A DNA stretch of 64,000 bases. Source: the human T2T-CHM13v2.0 reference genome, Homo sapiens. The stretch lies in assembly GCF_009914755.1 (NCBI RefSeq), contig NC_060930.1. One strand, written 5' to 3'. The notes beneath the pieces are model-generated. The model worked only from the letters and a program-made list of their open reading frames with translations. It searched no databases and was not told the origin of the DNA. The translations under genes were made by a program, and so were the position numbers. Of this stretch, positions 16,680-33,795 are shown piece after piece. Each line of letters begins with the position of its first letter. Position 1 is the first letter of the stretch.

Positions 16680-17220
16680 GATTCTGATGATTCCCAACCC
16701 TATATCTCTAGCATTGACCTTCATCCTGATCTCCCAATACATGTTTTCCACCGTCTACCAAGTATTACCAGCATTTTTACTGTATTGAATTTACTTCAAA
16801 CTCAACAGGTACAAAAGTGAACTTATCATATTCATTAATGATCCTTCTTCTTCTCCTGTATTTTCTATCTTGATTAGTGATACCAAGATGTATCCCTTTC
16901 CCCAAGCCAAAGAACTAGGAGACTTCCATGATTTTACCATGCCCACCACCTATAGTCAATCACCAAGTGTGTCCTGCCAATATTGCCCATAAATACATCT
17001 TACATTCATCTCTTTCTCTCTACCCCACTGTGGATGGATTTATTTAGGTTATAAATGTTTCTTGGTTGGACTACCATAACATCCTCTTCAATAATCTTGT
17101 CTTCAATTTTGCACCCTTCTAATTTACATTTATGATCAAGCTATTTCCCTGCTAAAAGCCTTCCCTGGCTTTAGTTGTTTATAGCACAAAATCCAGGTTA
17201 CTCAGAATGGCATTCAAGGA
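16680..17220. mobile_element. L2 fragment
   Basis: CTGATGATTCCCAACCCTATATCTCTAGC and downstream L2-like motifs. Confidence 0.7.
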
Positions 17221-17229
17221 CACTTCATA

Positions 17230-17625
17230 ATTTGTACAGGGAAGAAAATTCTGAAACAGGATATTTATTAGGGAGTTCCCAATGGATCAACATCTGTAGA
17301 AGAATGGAGAAGGAAACAGAATTAGGTAAAAGGAGAAGTTGAGCTATGATCCAGCCCCAATAAAGGTTGCTCAGCCCACCCGTTGGGTAGCTCTGGAACT
17401 GGACTGGTTGCTCAGAATTGTTCCAAGTTGGATCAAGTGGGAGCCACGGCTTTGTAAAACACACTGGTCATGCATTGGATGCAAGATGTCTTTGGAAGGA
17501 AGAAAGACTTGGGTAATGCTACAATTTGAGGGTTGTCTTCTGGCATCATTGTCAGAAACTGGGAGAATAAGTCCTTCATTCCCAAAGGCAGATCTCAGCA
17601 GCACATCAGAAAATCCACCAGCCAC
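17230..17625. mobile_element. Old ERVL/MaLR-class LTR (subfamily unresolved)
   Basis: GGAGAAGTTGAGCTATGAT...GCTCTGGAACTGG...AATAAGTCCTTCATTCC motifs. Confidence 0.55.
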
Positions 17626-17715
17626 CGTATACTTGTCTACCTCTACACATCCTCCTCTGTACTTCCTTGACTCTCTGCATTTACTTTATCATACCATTTA
17701 CTGAACTCTATTTTA

Positions 17716-18095
<380 letters not shown>

Positions 18096-18767
18096 TTAAA
18101 TGAATGAATGCATATTTCCTTTCTCCCCACTCTTTACTCCCTGTTGCTCTAGTAAAACCAAACTACTTGAGGTTTCCTGAATTTTCCAAGCCTTTCTTTG
18201 AGCCCATGCTTTGGGTGTGCTAGAATGCCTTTGACTTAGTCATCAGCTGAATATCTACTTCTCTTTCAAAAGTCAATTCAATTGTTACCTTTGGAAAACT
18301 TTCCCCAGGCACAGTCACAATCTTCATTCTCTGTTTCCTGAGAACTCATTTTGTACCAACTATTATACTCCTATTATTTTTAATTTACATGTCTGATTAT
18401 TTTCAGGAGATATGAGACCTTGAGCCTCATCTATTTTGTGTTCTTAGCACCTAAAGAGACCTGGCACAAGATGAAGAAAAAAAGAATGAACAATAAATAT
18501 GTGATTAAAGGTTAGGCTCTAGGATTACTAACCAGGAAGTAATGTGCAGAATGAACTAAAAGGAAAGGAGTTATATGGGAGAAAATTGTTAGGTTATACA
18601 AGAGGCATGTGACTGTGGACACTGGATTTGCTATAATTCCTTATTCCTGAAGTTAGTTTTTTCCACATGCAAATTGAAGAGCAGAATGATGATATTAGCA
18701 TAGTTGTAACTTTGCCTAACATGTCTTAGTCATGTAGTGTCCCAGTCTACTTATGCAATGCTAGTGT

Positions 18768-18958
18768 AAGGGTGTCAAAATCAAATGCCTTCAGGGGCCA
18801 GGAAGAGTACCTAAATGTCTAAATGTTCGGTGGGCCTATAGGAAACAAAGGGCCCACTTGAGGGGCATTCAATTTCAGTTTTTAAATAATGTGGTCACCA
18901 AACAGAACAAGTGTTTGGGCCTGACATGGCCTGCAAACCACCAGTTTGCCTCCTCCTC
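18768..18958. mobile_element. hAT-Charlie-type MITE
   Basis: TCAAATGCCTTCAGGGGCCAGG near the 5' end and GGCCTGC...CCAGTTTGC near the 3' end. Confidence 0.55.
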
Positions 18959-19166
18959 TTTTACACATTTTGAAATCACATTTTTTTTTAACTACAATGG
19001 AACTGAGTGGGAGGAGATATGAATGACATTTTCATCCTTGCAGAAAAAGAGGGTGTTTCTATATTTCTAATAAAAAAGTAGAATTATTTTTGAAGTGGCT
19101 TCCTTCTCTGCCAGGAAGCCAGGAAATCAGATTAGAAATTTCATTGGCATTAAAAAAAAAAAAGAT

Positions 19167-19449
19167 GGCAGGGTACAGTGTCTCATGCCTGTAATCCTAG
19201 CATTTTTGGAGGCCAACGCAGGAGAATCACTTGAGGCCAGGAATTTGAGACCAGCCTGGGCAACACAGTGAGACCCCCACCCCAGCTCCAAAAAAAAATT
19301 TAAAAGTATTCTGGGCATGGTGGCATGAGCCTGTAGTCCCAGCTACTTGGGAGGCTGAGGTGAGAGGATCACTTGAGCCCAGGAGGACAAAGTTGCAGTG
19401 AGCCCTGGTCATACCACTACACTCCAGCCTGGGGAAAAAAAAAAAAAAA
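19167..19449 (+). mobile_element. Alu (AluJ)
   Basis: Diverged dimeric Alu with A-tail. Confidence 0.93.
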
Positions 19450-19752
19450 GAATCTTTCCTTGGTGTTGTTTTTTTTTTTTTTTTTTGACAAAGTTTATTT
19501 TCTTCTTATTAAAAAAAACAATCTGTTAACATATTTCAAAAATATAGAAAAGTTCAAAAATAATCCCTCAAAATTCCACCACCAGTGAACAACCTTGACT
19601 ATCATTTTAGTTTATGCATCAGATATTAGGTGGGATTGTAGGACTGACATGTGTACTCAGAACTAGGTGGCAGGTAAGCAGGAAAGCAATTTATTTCTAA
19701 CCAGCTGGGTTTCTGTAACTAATGATCTAACACAGCTAATAAAGACATTCTG

Positions 19753-20041
19753 GGCAGGGCACAGTGGCTCACGCCTATAATCCCAGCTTTTTGGAAGGCC
19801 GAGGCAGGCTGATAGCTTCAGCCCAGGAGTTGGAGACCGGCCTGGGCAACATGGCAAAACCCTGCCTTTCAAAAATACAAAAATTAACTGGTTTGGTGGC
19901 ACACACCTGTGTGTCCTCTGCTACTCCGGAGGCTGAGGTGGGGGATCACTTGAGCCCAGGAGGTCGAGGCTACAGTGAGCCAAGATCATGCCTCTGCACT
20001 CCAGCCTGGGCGACACAGTGAGACCTTGTGTCAAAAAAAAA
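19753..20041 (+). mobile_element. Alu (AluJ)
   Basis: TSD aaagaca(t/c)tctg at 19741-19752 and 20042-20053. Confidence 0.95.
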
Positions 20042-20862
20042 AAAGACACTCTGAGATGACTCTAAAGTGCCTGACTAAAACCAGATAGCCACAGGGCCTG
20101 ACAACGAGGAGGAGTTTACTGCTGCGCTACTATTGCTGAAACGGAACTTGGTTTTGAATCCACAACAGAACTATTGTGCGTGTGACATTTGCTTTGAGAA
20201 ATGAATACTGGGTTGACAGTACACAAGAGCTTTTCAGTCTAGTCCATAAAGAACTTTCACTTGATTGCCAGCTTTTTACCAGTAATTCAACATAGAAAAG
20301 TACAGTTTTTGACCTTAAAACTTTGAATGCAATTCCTAAAATTAAAAGATGTGGATTTATATAAGTCAAATGAGAAGACATTACAATAAACAGAGCCACA
20401 GGTTTTGTTTGTTTGTTTTTTACAGGAAATTGTGTTGTGTTTACATTTAGAGCATTCTGTGCTGAGGTATTCTCTGGCTCATATATAGAATCATAAGGGA
20501 GAGAGGAGTTGAGAAGTAGTTCTCTAGAAGAACTAGAGAGAGAGATGTAATTATCCCTGATACTAATTAGCAGAGATCTGGAATGAAAAAAACCTCAATA
20601 ACCTCATATTCAGACGATTTTTTCAACATGTTCATTATGAATAGTAAGCAGACCTCATGTTAATTTTGAAGAAGACTTAACAGATTTCAAAATATCTGAA
20701 GTTCCTCTATTTTTTTCCTAATGAATTTTAAAATTTTTGTAATTTTTAAAAATAGTATTTTGGACTTCCCTCGAAATTTTCCTGCAATGTCACTGGTATA
20801 TTTGGGGATAGAGTTTTAAGAATATCCCCAGTGAGGGTTTAGAAAAATTTAATTCATTATAA

Positions 20863-21219
<357 letters not shown>

Positions 21220-21598
21220 TGTTATAATTACTTCTAATCATAATATTTCTTACTTACAGGCCACCTCATGTTCAGACCATTTTTTCCATATGTAATTAGA
21301 AATATAAAGCCTGTATTGCACTTAAATATCATTATACTGTTTTAACATATTTTCATCTACATTAAAATTCACTTTAAAATTATTAGTCTTAGAAAAACAA
21401 TCAAAGAAAAATAAAGTATGGTGTCTCCAAGGTTTTGGATATTCTAAAAGGAAGTAGCTGTTCTTTCAAGCTAAATATCATAAACTGATTTTATTAAATA
21501 AGGTCTTACATTTTGTAGTGGCAGCAGTTTATAAATACAGGCTTACTAATTCATTGCTTTCTTTTATTCATTAGTTATGTTTTGGTACTTTATTTAAG

Positions 21599-21825
21599 TA
21601 CCCGAGTGGATTATACTAGATGCTGCGATTCAGAAACACAGGCTGTCTACAGGTGAGACACAAGTTTCACCTCCAGGGGTACACAGTTTAATTGCAGCAA
21701 AATGTTTTAAAGAAGGAATGCTTCACTGTGGAATAAGGAAACAAGTGGCTTGTTACCCAAAGAGCACAAGGAACCCCTCCACTGTTGAGTTGTTCACATT
21801 TTCTTGGTTTATGCTTCAGGTAGAG
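21599..21825 (+). pseudogene. Candidate exon with 75 open codons
   Basis: tttatttaAG acceptor, GAG|GTAAGT donor; PEWIILDAAIQKHRLSTGETQVSPPGVHSLIAAKCFKEGMLHCG...FMLQVE. Confidence 0.3.
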
Positions 21826-21925
21826 GTAAGTGAAGCTTCAAATAATATTATGCCCTAAAGCTTCAAACTGGAAGAAAAAAAAAAAAGCCCTTGCACCCCT
21901 GAAATATGCATGCATGCCTGAGCAT

Positions 21926-21926
21926 G

Positions 21927-21955
<29 letters not shown>
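21926..21955. repeat. (CA)n microsatellite
   Basis: ~15 CA units. Confidence 0.97.
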
Positions 21956-21957
<2 letters not shown>

Positions 21958-23446
21958 TTACCTTGCTCTAAATTTTTGCTCATGTACTTAGTAATAAAAT
22001 GTTATTTTTAGAGTTCACAGCCCCAATATGGAAATGTGTCTAGAGCTTGGATCTAGAAGTTTATGTCTTTCTTGAAGTTCCTGGGTCGTAATAACCACAG
22101 TGAGGACAAAGGCACCAGAACAATGCCAAACCAGGAGATATGGCCTGAATTAGAAGGAAGACAAGTTTTTATCAGGCATAACAATGAAAGAAGTTGAAAC
22201 CATGGAGTTATTATTAAGAGAAGTTGTGGAGTAGTTATTCCTGGTAGCCTCTAAGTAGCAGTTGGTCCTAAATCACAAAGGTGTGTATTTTTCTAGAGAT
22301 TCCAGACAAGATAATTTTGAGGGCTCTTATACTATGATTATAAAAACCTAATAACTATGTTTTAATGTAGTGCATTGTGTTTTTACCACTTAAGATGGCA
22401 GTGATTTCATCAGACAGCTTTCTTTTGGGGAGACTTCCAAACCAATCTTTGGGGGAGAATCTAATCTCTTTTTTGCCAAGCTGGTGAGGTTTTCTTCCCC
22501 CACATTGAATGTTTATATGGAAAGATATGAACCATAAACATTTTTATATAAAAACTTATTCTTTTTGCTTTTTATTGGCTGCATTGTAAGGAGTCATTTG
22601 GCCTAGAGGGAAAGGAGGGTAACATTCCCTATGGCAAACTACAACGAATCTTCCTTCTCCTTTCCCAACTCCAGCAGTAATGATGGAAAATCAGTGCAGC
22701 ATCCTAGTGCATTCGCAGTGTGGTTTGACAAAGACCATAATGTTCTTGTCAACATAGGTAACAGATCAATGTCCATCTGTAGATTCCAGTACTTTTTCTT
22801 ACTAAGAAGTGATTAACAGCTGGATGTAATATGTCTACTACAGCTACCTAGTTTTGTAAAGCATATAGTTAATTAAAGGGCAGGAATCAAAAACATGATC
22901 AACTCTGTAAAAGCCCTGAGCTTACTCAGCTGCTTCTTGCAAACTTCAACCTGTGGGGTAAAGAGACATTTGTTGGGTCATGGCATGCTTGCCTCTGAAG
23001 AAGATCATTTCAAAGACTGGGCCTTTTTTTCTGGTAGCCTAGATGCAGGACACAGAGTTGCTCATTTTGCCAGAGTCTCTTTTTGCCTTGCCAAACTGAC
23101 TTTTCTTTCAAAAAACTATGTGGAAAATTAATGTGTAACTTTTCAATGATAATATTTTCTCTTTGTTTGGTTTTCCCCAATGATTTCATATCTATACTAA
23201 ACATCCATCTCAAATAAGTTACACAGGAAGTGGAGGCCAAAGCTAAAACAAACTCACACCCATTTCTCTGGCAACCTATTTAAAAAATAGCGATTAAAAA
23301 TCAAAACATTAAACATAACCCTTTCTGGCGAGATAATTCTCCCCTAGGTTACATTAGAAAATACCCCCCTACGTTTACATGGCATCTTTGCTGTTTATGA
23401 TCTTAGTTTTCATTATTGTGGCCTAACAAAAATGTATAAAGCTTAA

Positions 23447-23682
23447 AGACCAGCTGGAGCAACATAGCAAGACCCGAGCTCTACAAAAAATTTAAAGCAT
23501 TGGCTGGGCATGGTGGCGCATGCCTGTTAATTACTAGGGAGGCTGAACTGGGAGGATGGCTTGAGCAATCCTCCTATAACCAGGAGTTCAAGGTTACAAT
23601 GAGCTATGATCACATCACTTCACTCAGGCCTAGGCAACAGAGCCCGACCTGTTTCTAAAAAAGAAAGAAAGAAAGAAAAAAA
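23447..23682 (+). mobile_element. 5'-truncated AluJ
   Basis: Starts at AGACCAGC, (AAAG)n tail. Confidence 0.85.
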
Positions 23683-23922
23683 GGTTTACAGATATTTTGA
23701 CACTGCAAAGAAATCTCATAAATATCTCATAAATTATTAGTGACCTGCAGGAAATGAAAGCTCAGCGTCGCTTCTTTTTTCACCGCTCCTGATGGGGCTG
23801 AACAGTTTCTTTACACCCTTGAATGCAGTCTGTCGTGGCATGTGGGTGTACATCCTTCTCTCTTAAGACAAGATGTAATAGTAACCCATGATCTTGTAAT
23901 CTCACATAACAAGGCATTTTGA

Positions 23923-24102
<180 letters not shown>

Positions 24103-25339
24103 TAAGCTGAATTTTAAAGGAACTTAGAATCTCATTCTCTTACATTTTTATAACCAAGAAATGAACCCTGACGGTAAAGACTATTAATATACTAATTATT
24201 CCCAGCATTATACACTTCATGTGAAAGGCAGATGAAGAAAATGAAGAACCTGTCTTCTGTTCAACTAAAAGGGAAATTTAGCTTTACTTAGTTGTATCTG
24301 TAATTGTCCTTTTGTTTTTAAGAATATAAGAATATAAAGAATATAAATAATTGCAATAAAACAACATAAGAAGTTGACCAATGGAACAAGAATAGTATAG
24401 CACTTAGTAAGATGTACAGATACTATTTTAAGTACCTTGTTTCAAAGTTAAGTAATGACAGCCTCCAGTTAATAAACCAAAAATAAACTCTAACCATTTC
24501 TTGGATTTCAGATATTTTTTTCTTTATAGAAATAATGTGATGTATAGTGTTCCTTTTACTGGGTCAGCCAACAAAAGTATTTACGTTGATATAAATAAAA
24601 TACTTTTTGTAATCAAATATTCTAGCTCACAATGAAAAATAATTTTAAAATGTGATTATTTAGTACAAGTAAACAAACTTTAAAAATACAACAACAAGAT
24701 TTTTATTTTTCATGAAATAAACAACAGTGAGTAGAAGGAAATTTTGAGGATGTTCTTGAGAAGAACTTTTTGACACTTTAGAAATTGATAGACAAAGCAC
24801 AACTTAGACTTTCCTTTCACTTGATACTAATATGCCCCCAATCCTGTTCTCCCATCATTATAGTTATTTTTAGGGGTCACAAATGGAACAAACATAAAGA
24901 AAGAATGAGGGATGACAGTGGAAAAAATGGAGGTGGAAAAGAGAGGAAGAAAGGAGAAAAAGGAGGAAAAAGGTAGTAAAAAATGTTCTTGAAACAGTTG
25001 GCAATAGTTACAAAAGTGAGACGAAAAAGTGCACGGGTTAAAGATGATAAAAACATTGCTTAAGGAAGAACCAAGCAACCTGAGAGTTCTGAAAATAGGG
25101 GAAATGGGGAATGCTTGGAATGTGTATGATCTCCCCAGAGGAAACAATGTTGAGAAAGAAAGGAACTCGATTCATTCCCAAAGTGGGCCACTGGGTGACC
25201 ATGAAAGGCCAGCGCAGCCTGGTGCTCTCTTGACCAAGGGAAACGTGGGTTGGAGGAGTAACTTCAGGTAAAATCAAGGTCTGTGGAGGTGGAGGGTCCA
25301 TGTGCTCGGAAGATATATGTTCTAAATGTAGCAACACAT

Positions 25340-25850
25340 GTTTTTTTTTTTTAGAAACAACTTTATTGACGTATCATTTAAATACCTTTAAATTCACCTG
25401 TTTTAATTGTACAGTTCAATGATTTTTGGATGTACTGTTGTGCAACCATCACCACAAACCAGTTTTAGAACATTTCTCTCACTCCAGTAAAATCTCTCCT
25501 GCTTCATTACACTTACTCTTTGTTCTCACTCCCAGTCCCAGGCAATCACTAATCTGCTTTCTCCATATATAGATTTTCTTTTTCTAGATATTTTATATAA
25601 ATAGAATCATGCAATGTGTGGTCTTCTGTGTCTGTATTCTTTCTCTTAGCATGTTTTTGATGCTATCCATGTTGTAGCATGTGTCAATATTTATTTTTAT
25701 TATTAAATGGCTTTCTATTCTGCTTGAAGATAAACACATTTTGTTTTTCCATTCACTAGCTGATGGTCATTTGAGTTATTTCCACCTTTTGGCTATTATA
25801 AGTAATTCTGCCAAGAACACTTGTGTGTTGAGGTCTTTGTGTGGACACCT
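25340..25850 (-). mobile_element. Old L1 (L1MB-like) 3' end
   Basis: T-tail, AACAACTTTATTGA, GTTGTGCAACCATCACCAC, CCAGGCAATCACTAATCTG motifs. Confidence 0.85.
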
Positions 25851-26377
25851 ACGTGCATTTCAAGCAAAACGTAACTAAGAGATCCACCTGCTCATGGAAA
25901 AGACAAATATTTAGGCCTGTTGTGTTCTACAATTCTAGGATCCAAAACTTCACATACACACTCTCCACATGGCAACCAGAATGGACTTTTTAAAACAGAA
26001 AATCAGATCACATCTCACCTGATTAAAATTTCCCAGAGGTTTCCCATCATACTGAGAATGAAGCCTACATGCCTTTCCATAGCCACAGGACTCTACCTCA
26101 TCTGACCTCAGCTGACATGTTTCACTTTATCTCGTAACCACTTCTCTTACTCTCAACTTCACTCATATTGATCTTGTTGCTCCTCAAATATAAAAGCTTA
26201 TTCTGACCTCAGGGCTCATACATAGTCTGTTCCATTTGCCTGGAATACTTTTCCCTAATATTCATTTGACTCAATCCTTCTCATTCAGGTCTCCCCTCAA
26301 ATGTCATTCATGTAGAGAAGCTTTTGATGGCTGCCCTATCTAAAACAGCAGCCATATCTCTCACAATACTACCTTTG

Positions 26378-27443
<1,066 letters not shown>

Positions 27444-27843
27444 CTCTGTTTTATTTTTAACTGAAAAGTCTGAAACTTATTGCTTGCTGTCTCCCAAACA
27501 GAATGCAAGCTCAGTGGGGCAGGTACTTTGTTTATCTTTTTCACTGATGTATCTCCAGCACCTAGCATATGGTAAATGTTCATTAAATTTGTTAAATTAA
27601 TGCAGAAATGAAAAGCAGAAATTGGACCTCTTCTTACAGTTCTATACTTTATCCCTAGAATTTCTGAGAAGTCAGTTTGATCATGCAATGTATTCAGTTT
27701 GTAAATTTATATTTTTATTTATCTATTTATTTTCGAATAAACCTTTTGCAGTCTTATCAGTTTGTGAATTCCTAAGCCAACTGACCACAAGTCTAATACT
27801 GACAAATCATGGGCCAGATTTGGTCCTCACATCTATCTGTTTG

Positions 27844-28346
27844 ATGTAGCAGGTACGTTGGAGCCTCCTTTCCATTTCTTTGGCCCACTCCTATTTCAGC
27901 TGCAGCTGCAGTGAGAGTTCCCTAGGAGCTCAGGCTCACCTCATTGACAGGATCACACCTCAGGCAGCTAAAGAATTATTCCATTTTTCTGCCTTGGGCC
28001 TCTCTTATGCCCTAGAGCCATTGGGCATGTGTGTGGACCACTTCAGGACCATGTTTATGTTCCCCAGTGCAAATATCAGCCATCAACCAACATGGGAACC
28101 ACCTTCATCCACACTTCCTTCAAATGGAAAGCTCTGGAAGACATTTACACTTCCCAGTAGTCCCAGCAGAACTGATGCGCTCTTCCCTTCAGCAGAGACT
28201 TGAATAACACCTTCTTGTACTGACTTCTCCTGTGTCATACTCCCTGTTCCTTTACTTATGTTTTCTGGGATTACCTCGCCACTACACACAATCTGCAGCC
28301 AAGTCTTTGTCTCAACCTCTGCTTTCAGGGGAAGCCAAATTAGGCC
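27844..28346 (+). mobile_element. LTR16-like ERVL LTR
   Basis: 3' end CTTTGTCTCAACCTCTGCTTTCAGGGGAAGCCAAA and TTCCCTGTTCC...TTCTGGGATTACCTC-like motifs. Confidence 0.65.
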
Positions 28347-29059
28347 TATGAGTTACATCATTAAAAAAATTTGTAAAATAATTGTTCAAATTTAAGCTTG
28401 AAATATTTCAAGTTAAATTCTGAGTTCTTAACTTCCTACTTTAAGGTGCTGCATGTAACTTCACATACAATAATTTTTATGGTTCTTATTTGGTAAGGAA
28501 AATTATTGTCCATTAGCTTGTTTTCAAAACTTCAACCTTTCAGGTGTTCATAGGTCATTTCAAGTGTTTTGTGAGGAAAATGGTCTCAAAATCTCTAGTC
28601 TGTTAGGAATGAGAAGAGATGGGGAATTCTTTTTACTATAGAATGTAGCAGGAAAAAAATTTAAGGAGTTTTTTGCTTCATTAGATTTGCTGTGGAATGA
28701 GAAATCAATAAATTAATGACTACAGTGCTAAAATAAATAATTGATCAGTGCTTGTGAATATGATCTCCTCTTCATTACTAAACCAACTCAGCCTTATCGT
28801 TTCCAAGCTAAGGTAATTGTAACCTGCAACCAGCAGAAGAACCAACCATTTTGTTTTGGTTTGAAGCCTCATGAGTACAATTCGTTCATTCAAGCATTTA
28901 GTAATATTAATAAAAAGAGATGAATTGCAATAGTGATGCATTCTTGCCTCTTCACAACATGTTTTGCTTATAAGAGGACATTATCTTCCCCCCTTCAGTG
29001 GAGTCAGTTATTTGCAGTTCTTGTCCCAGGTATAGTTTTACATGCTAATCCCTGCCTGC

Positions 29060-29194
29060 TTTTTTTTTTTTTTTTTAATAGGGCTAGGGTCCCACTATGT
29101 TGCCCAGGCTGGTCTGGAACTCCTGGCCTCAAGCAATCCTCCTGCCTTGGTGTGCCAAAATGCTGGATTACAGGCATGAGCCACCATGCCTGGC
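29060..29194 (-). mobile_element. FLAM_C monomer
   Basis: T-tail and left-arm monomer. Confidence 0.9.
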
Positions 29195-29698
29195 CCTGAT
29201 TCCTTCCTTCTGAGTAGCTCAGTTTACTTAAAAGCAACTCTTCATCCCTGAAGCAGTCTTGGCATTTGATCTTATTTAGGATGCAGATTCCCCTAATATT
29301 TTGGAGACCATTTTCTACACTTCTGGTGATTGATACAATGCCTCAGTTTGCTTATGACTGAAACAATCTTGTAATTTATGATTCCTCATTCTTCTGTGTC
29401 TGACTTGTAGACCATATCAAATTTGTCATGTCTAACTATAACTCTAATACTCTCCTGCTCTTTTATACCCAAATCTTCAGAATGAATATTGGGAATACCA
29501 TATTATACATGGATCTCTAACTTTTTGAATGACCTGAAGCTTTTCCTTTAAGGAAATACCTCTCTGCTCCCTGGCCGGACTCTGAATCCCATGACATTAT
29601 GGTCCCTTCCACAGGAGTGAGTCCATCATCCAGACTGCTCAATCACCGCACTCCACCATCAGTTCCAGGATTGGTTCAGGGAGCCACACTGGCCCAAC

Positions 29699-31118
<1,420 letters not shown>

Positions 31119-31906
31119 CTAGAGATGTCTTTTCTTCCTCCATGAAGCTTGTCGTTATTACCAGGATCAATTATCTGGAGAGGAGGGAGGCCCTCAGGTA
31201 GCAACTCAGGGCGAGGGGACAAGGCTGAGGTGTATGGAAGCTCCCATCCCTTTCTGGGTCTTAATGATGACAAGGCCAAATATTTGAGAATATGTACTTG
31301 CAGAAACAGACCTCAAGAAAGGAAGGAAAGAGCCCTGCAATGGGTTAAAAACTGAAGACGAATAAGCTATGCAATATATGTTAGAGTATTTTGTTTCATG
31401 GTCCTACTCATAGTACTTGTTGCCATTTTGTTACATTCTAACCTTCAGTAAAGCTTAATTGGGCATCAATTCTGCCTCAGTTGAACTAAATGGTATGCAA
31501 GGAAGAACTATATGTCCATATATGGGACAAAGCACTGAAAGCAGGGCATTAGTTTTTGCCTTTCGAGGTCAGCAGGTGATACAGTCAAAATAATCCCTGA
31601 GGAGAGTGTTTCAAGCTAGTAGTTGGGACTGTAAGGTCAACCTCCCCTATCAAGAAGAGATGCTCTCTCATTGACTACTTTGAAACATCTGGGTTTTATT
31701 TAATTAAGGAAGGCATAAATGTATCACGCCAATTATATGAAAGCATAAAATAAGACATCTAAAGTAAAGAAAAAGATTAACATCCCAAATAAGAAAAGCA
31801 ACAATGCTCAATTTCTTTTAATCTAAAAATCTATTAAGACTTCCCACCACACTTTCAGACTTGGGAAGAGATGGCAGTGAGCTAGTTAAGGGCAGAAGAA
31901 ACAAGA

Positions 31907-32476
31907 CAGTTATGTAACTTTGCTGAAACCATTAGGAGAGAGGTTACATCTTTTTCTTTTCATTGGGATTGCTCTAGTTAAACATAAATCCAAAGCTGCT
32001 GGTGGCCATTTTTGCCAAAATATGGGGAATTTTTCTTTAAAATTGACTCAGTAGAAAGAAAAGAAAGGGCTTGGCATAGTGGCTCATGTCTCTAATCCCA
32101 GGGATTAGGGAGGCAGAGGCAAGAGGATCGCTTGAGCCCAGGAGTTGGAGACCAGCCTGGGCAACATATTGAGACCTCATATCCAAAAATAATAAAAAAT
32201 TAGCTAGACATAGTGGTGACTCTCTGTGGTCCCAGCTACTCGGGAGGCTGAGGTAGGAGGATCACTTGAGCCTGGGAGGTAGAGGCTAGAGTGATTGTTA
32301 TCACACCACTGCATTCCCACCTGGGTGACAGAGTGAGACCCTGTCTCAGGAAAAAAAAAAAGAAAGAAGGAAAGAAAGAAAGAGAAAGATAAAAAGAAAG
32401 AGGGAGAGACAGTTTAAAAAAAAGAGACTGAAAAAGAGAAAAAGACAGACAAGGAGTAAAAGTCTCTGTCAAATGA
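31907..32476 (+). repeat. 570-bp direct duplication, inserted copy
   Basis: Identical to 29699-30268; followed by a short-repeat junction scar up to 32525. Confidence 0.97.
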
Positions 32477-33244
32477 TACATTGTCAATAGATACATTGAT
32501 AGAAGTATAGATACAATGATAGAAGGGGGCTTCAGGGATTTTTGCTGGCAGGCAGGAAATCATAAGGTAGTTCCACTAAAGCTTAAACTTTGTGGCTTTT
32601 GGAAGATGCATCACCCTTGTTACTTAGAAGCATGCCCAGCACATAGTAGGCCAAAATGTGAGGTTGGGGCTATTTATATTCTTACCTCAGATTAGAATTG
32701 GGCCTAAAAAAGAGGCATAGAAAGATTCTGAAGGTGGTACTCATGTGATCCAGCTGCTGAGATGCGGCAGAAGGAAAGCAGAGACCTCTAACCCAACTTG
32801 TTGAAAAGCAGCTGAAATTACTGCATTCAGTTTATAAACAATAATAGTCCAATGATAAATTTTAAAAATCTCTGTGAGACTAAGAATGCTGCCCATTTGC
32901 TCCTCTGGAACAGTAGCAAGTACAGTGAAGGGCTAGCACCACAGCTTTATGGAAGGAATTGCCTTTACTTTCCATTTCCAAACCTCATATTTTGTTTTCA
33001 TTGAGTCAATTATTAATACATTTCTTAAAAATTTCCATGCTTTTAAAGAGAGCTATTTTCCTCCTTAATTTTTTATACCAGCTGGAGATTGACCCATACA
33101 ATACTACTGGTAGGTGGATGAACATTTGTCTTTCTTAACTTTTAATATTATCAAAAAGTAAAACTTGTAAAGAAACATTTCATTCTGAAACCAATGTTAG
33201 TGCTGCAAAAATAATTTTTGGAACAATATCTTATGATACAGAAG

Positions 33245-33795
33245 ATCTATGTCATCCAAGGAGCCTCACTGCAAACAATACAAATGGACTCTGCCTGATA
33301 TGGGCAGAAAAAGGATTTATTGAAAGGCTATTGGTTAGCCTGCACTGTCCAGGACAGCAAACAGGCCCAGAGGTTGTGCACCCAGAGATACAACCAAAAT
33401 CATATCACAAAGCTGGTCCTATGTGGACGTTGCTGCTGCTGCCACTTAGCATCAGATATCACAGCTGGCCCAATTGGCATTATGTGTTGGATACTACTGT
33501 AGATGTGGCTGGCCATGCTATCTTTAGAAACTAGACATTGCTGCTACAGTCACAAGCAGAAATGTTCCCTTCTCTCTTCATGTTTGCAAAATTAGCCCCC
33601 AATTTCAAAGTCCATAGGTTTGAATCTAGAGTATATACCCATGTTGCATGGAGGACTGGAAAGTAAGTATCTAGCATTTTGGGCTTCTGGGGTGAATGGT
33701 GAGGTGTGACTTCCAGCAAGACTCAAAAGGAAGTGAGGAATTTCCCAAACAGAAGGAGGGGAAAAAAACCCATAAAAACAGTGACCACTACAGTC
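33245..33795 (-). mobile_element. Old ERVL/MaLR-class LTR
   Basis: TGCAAACAA...GACTCTG...AGAAAAAGGATTTATTGAAAGG typical of reverse-strand old LTR ends. Confidence 0.5.

Noticed and set aside
22010-22340. Apparent exon-like stretch after tttttAG
   Set aside because: The 3' part resembles an L3/CR1 remnant and all frames have stops with no good donor.
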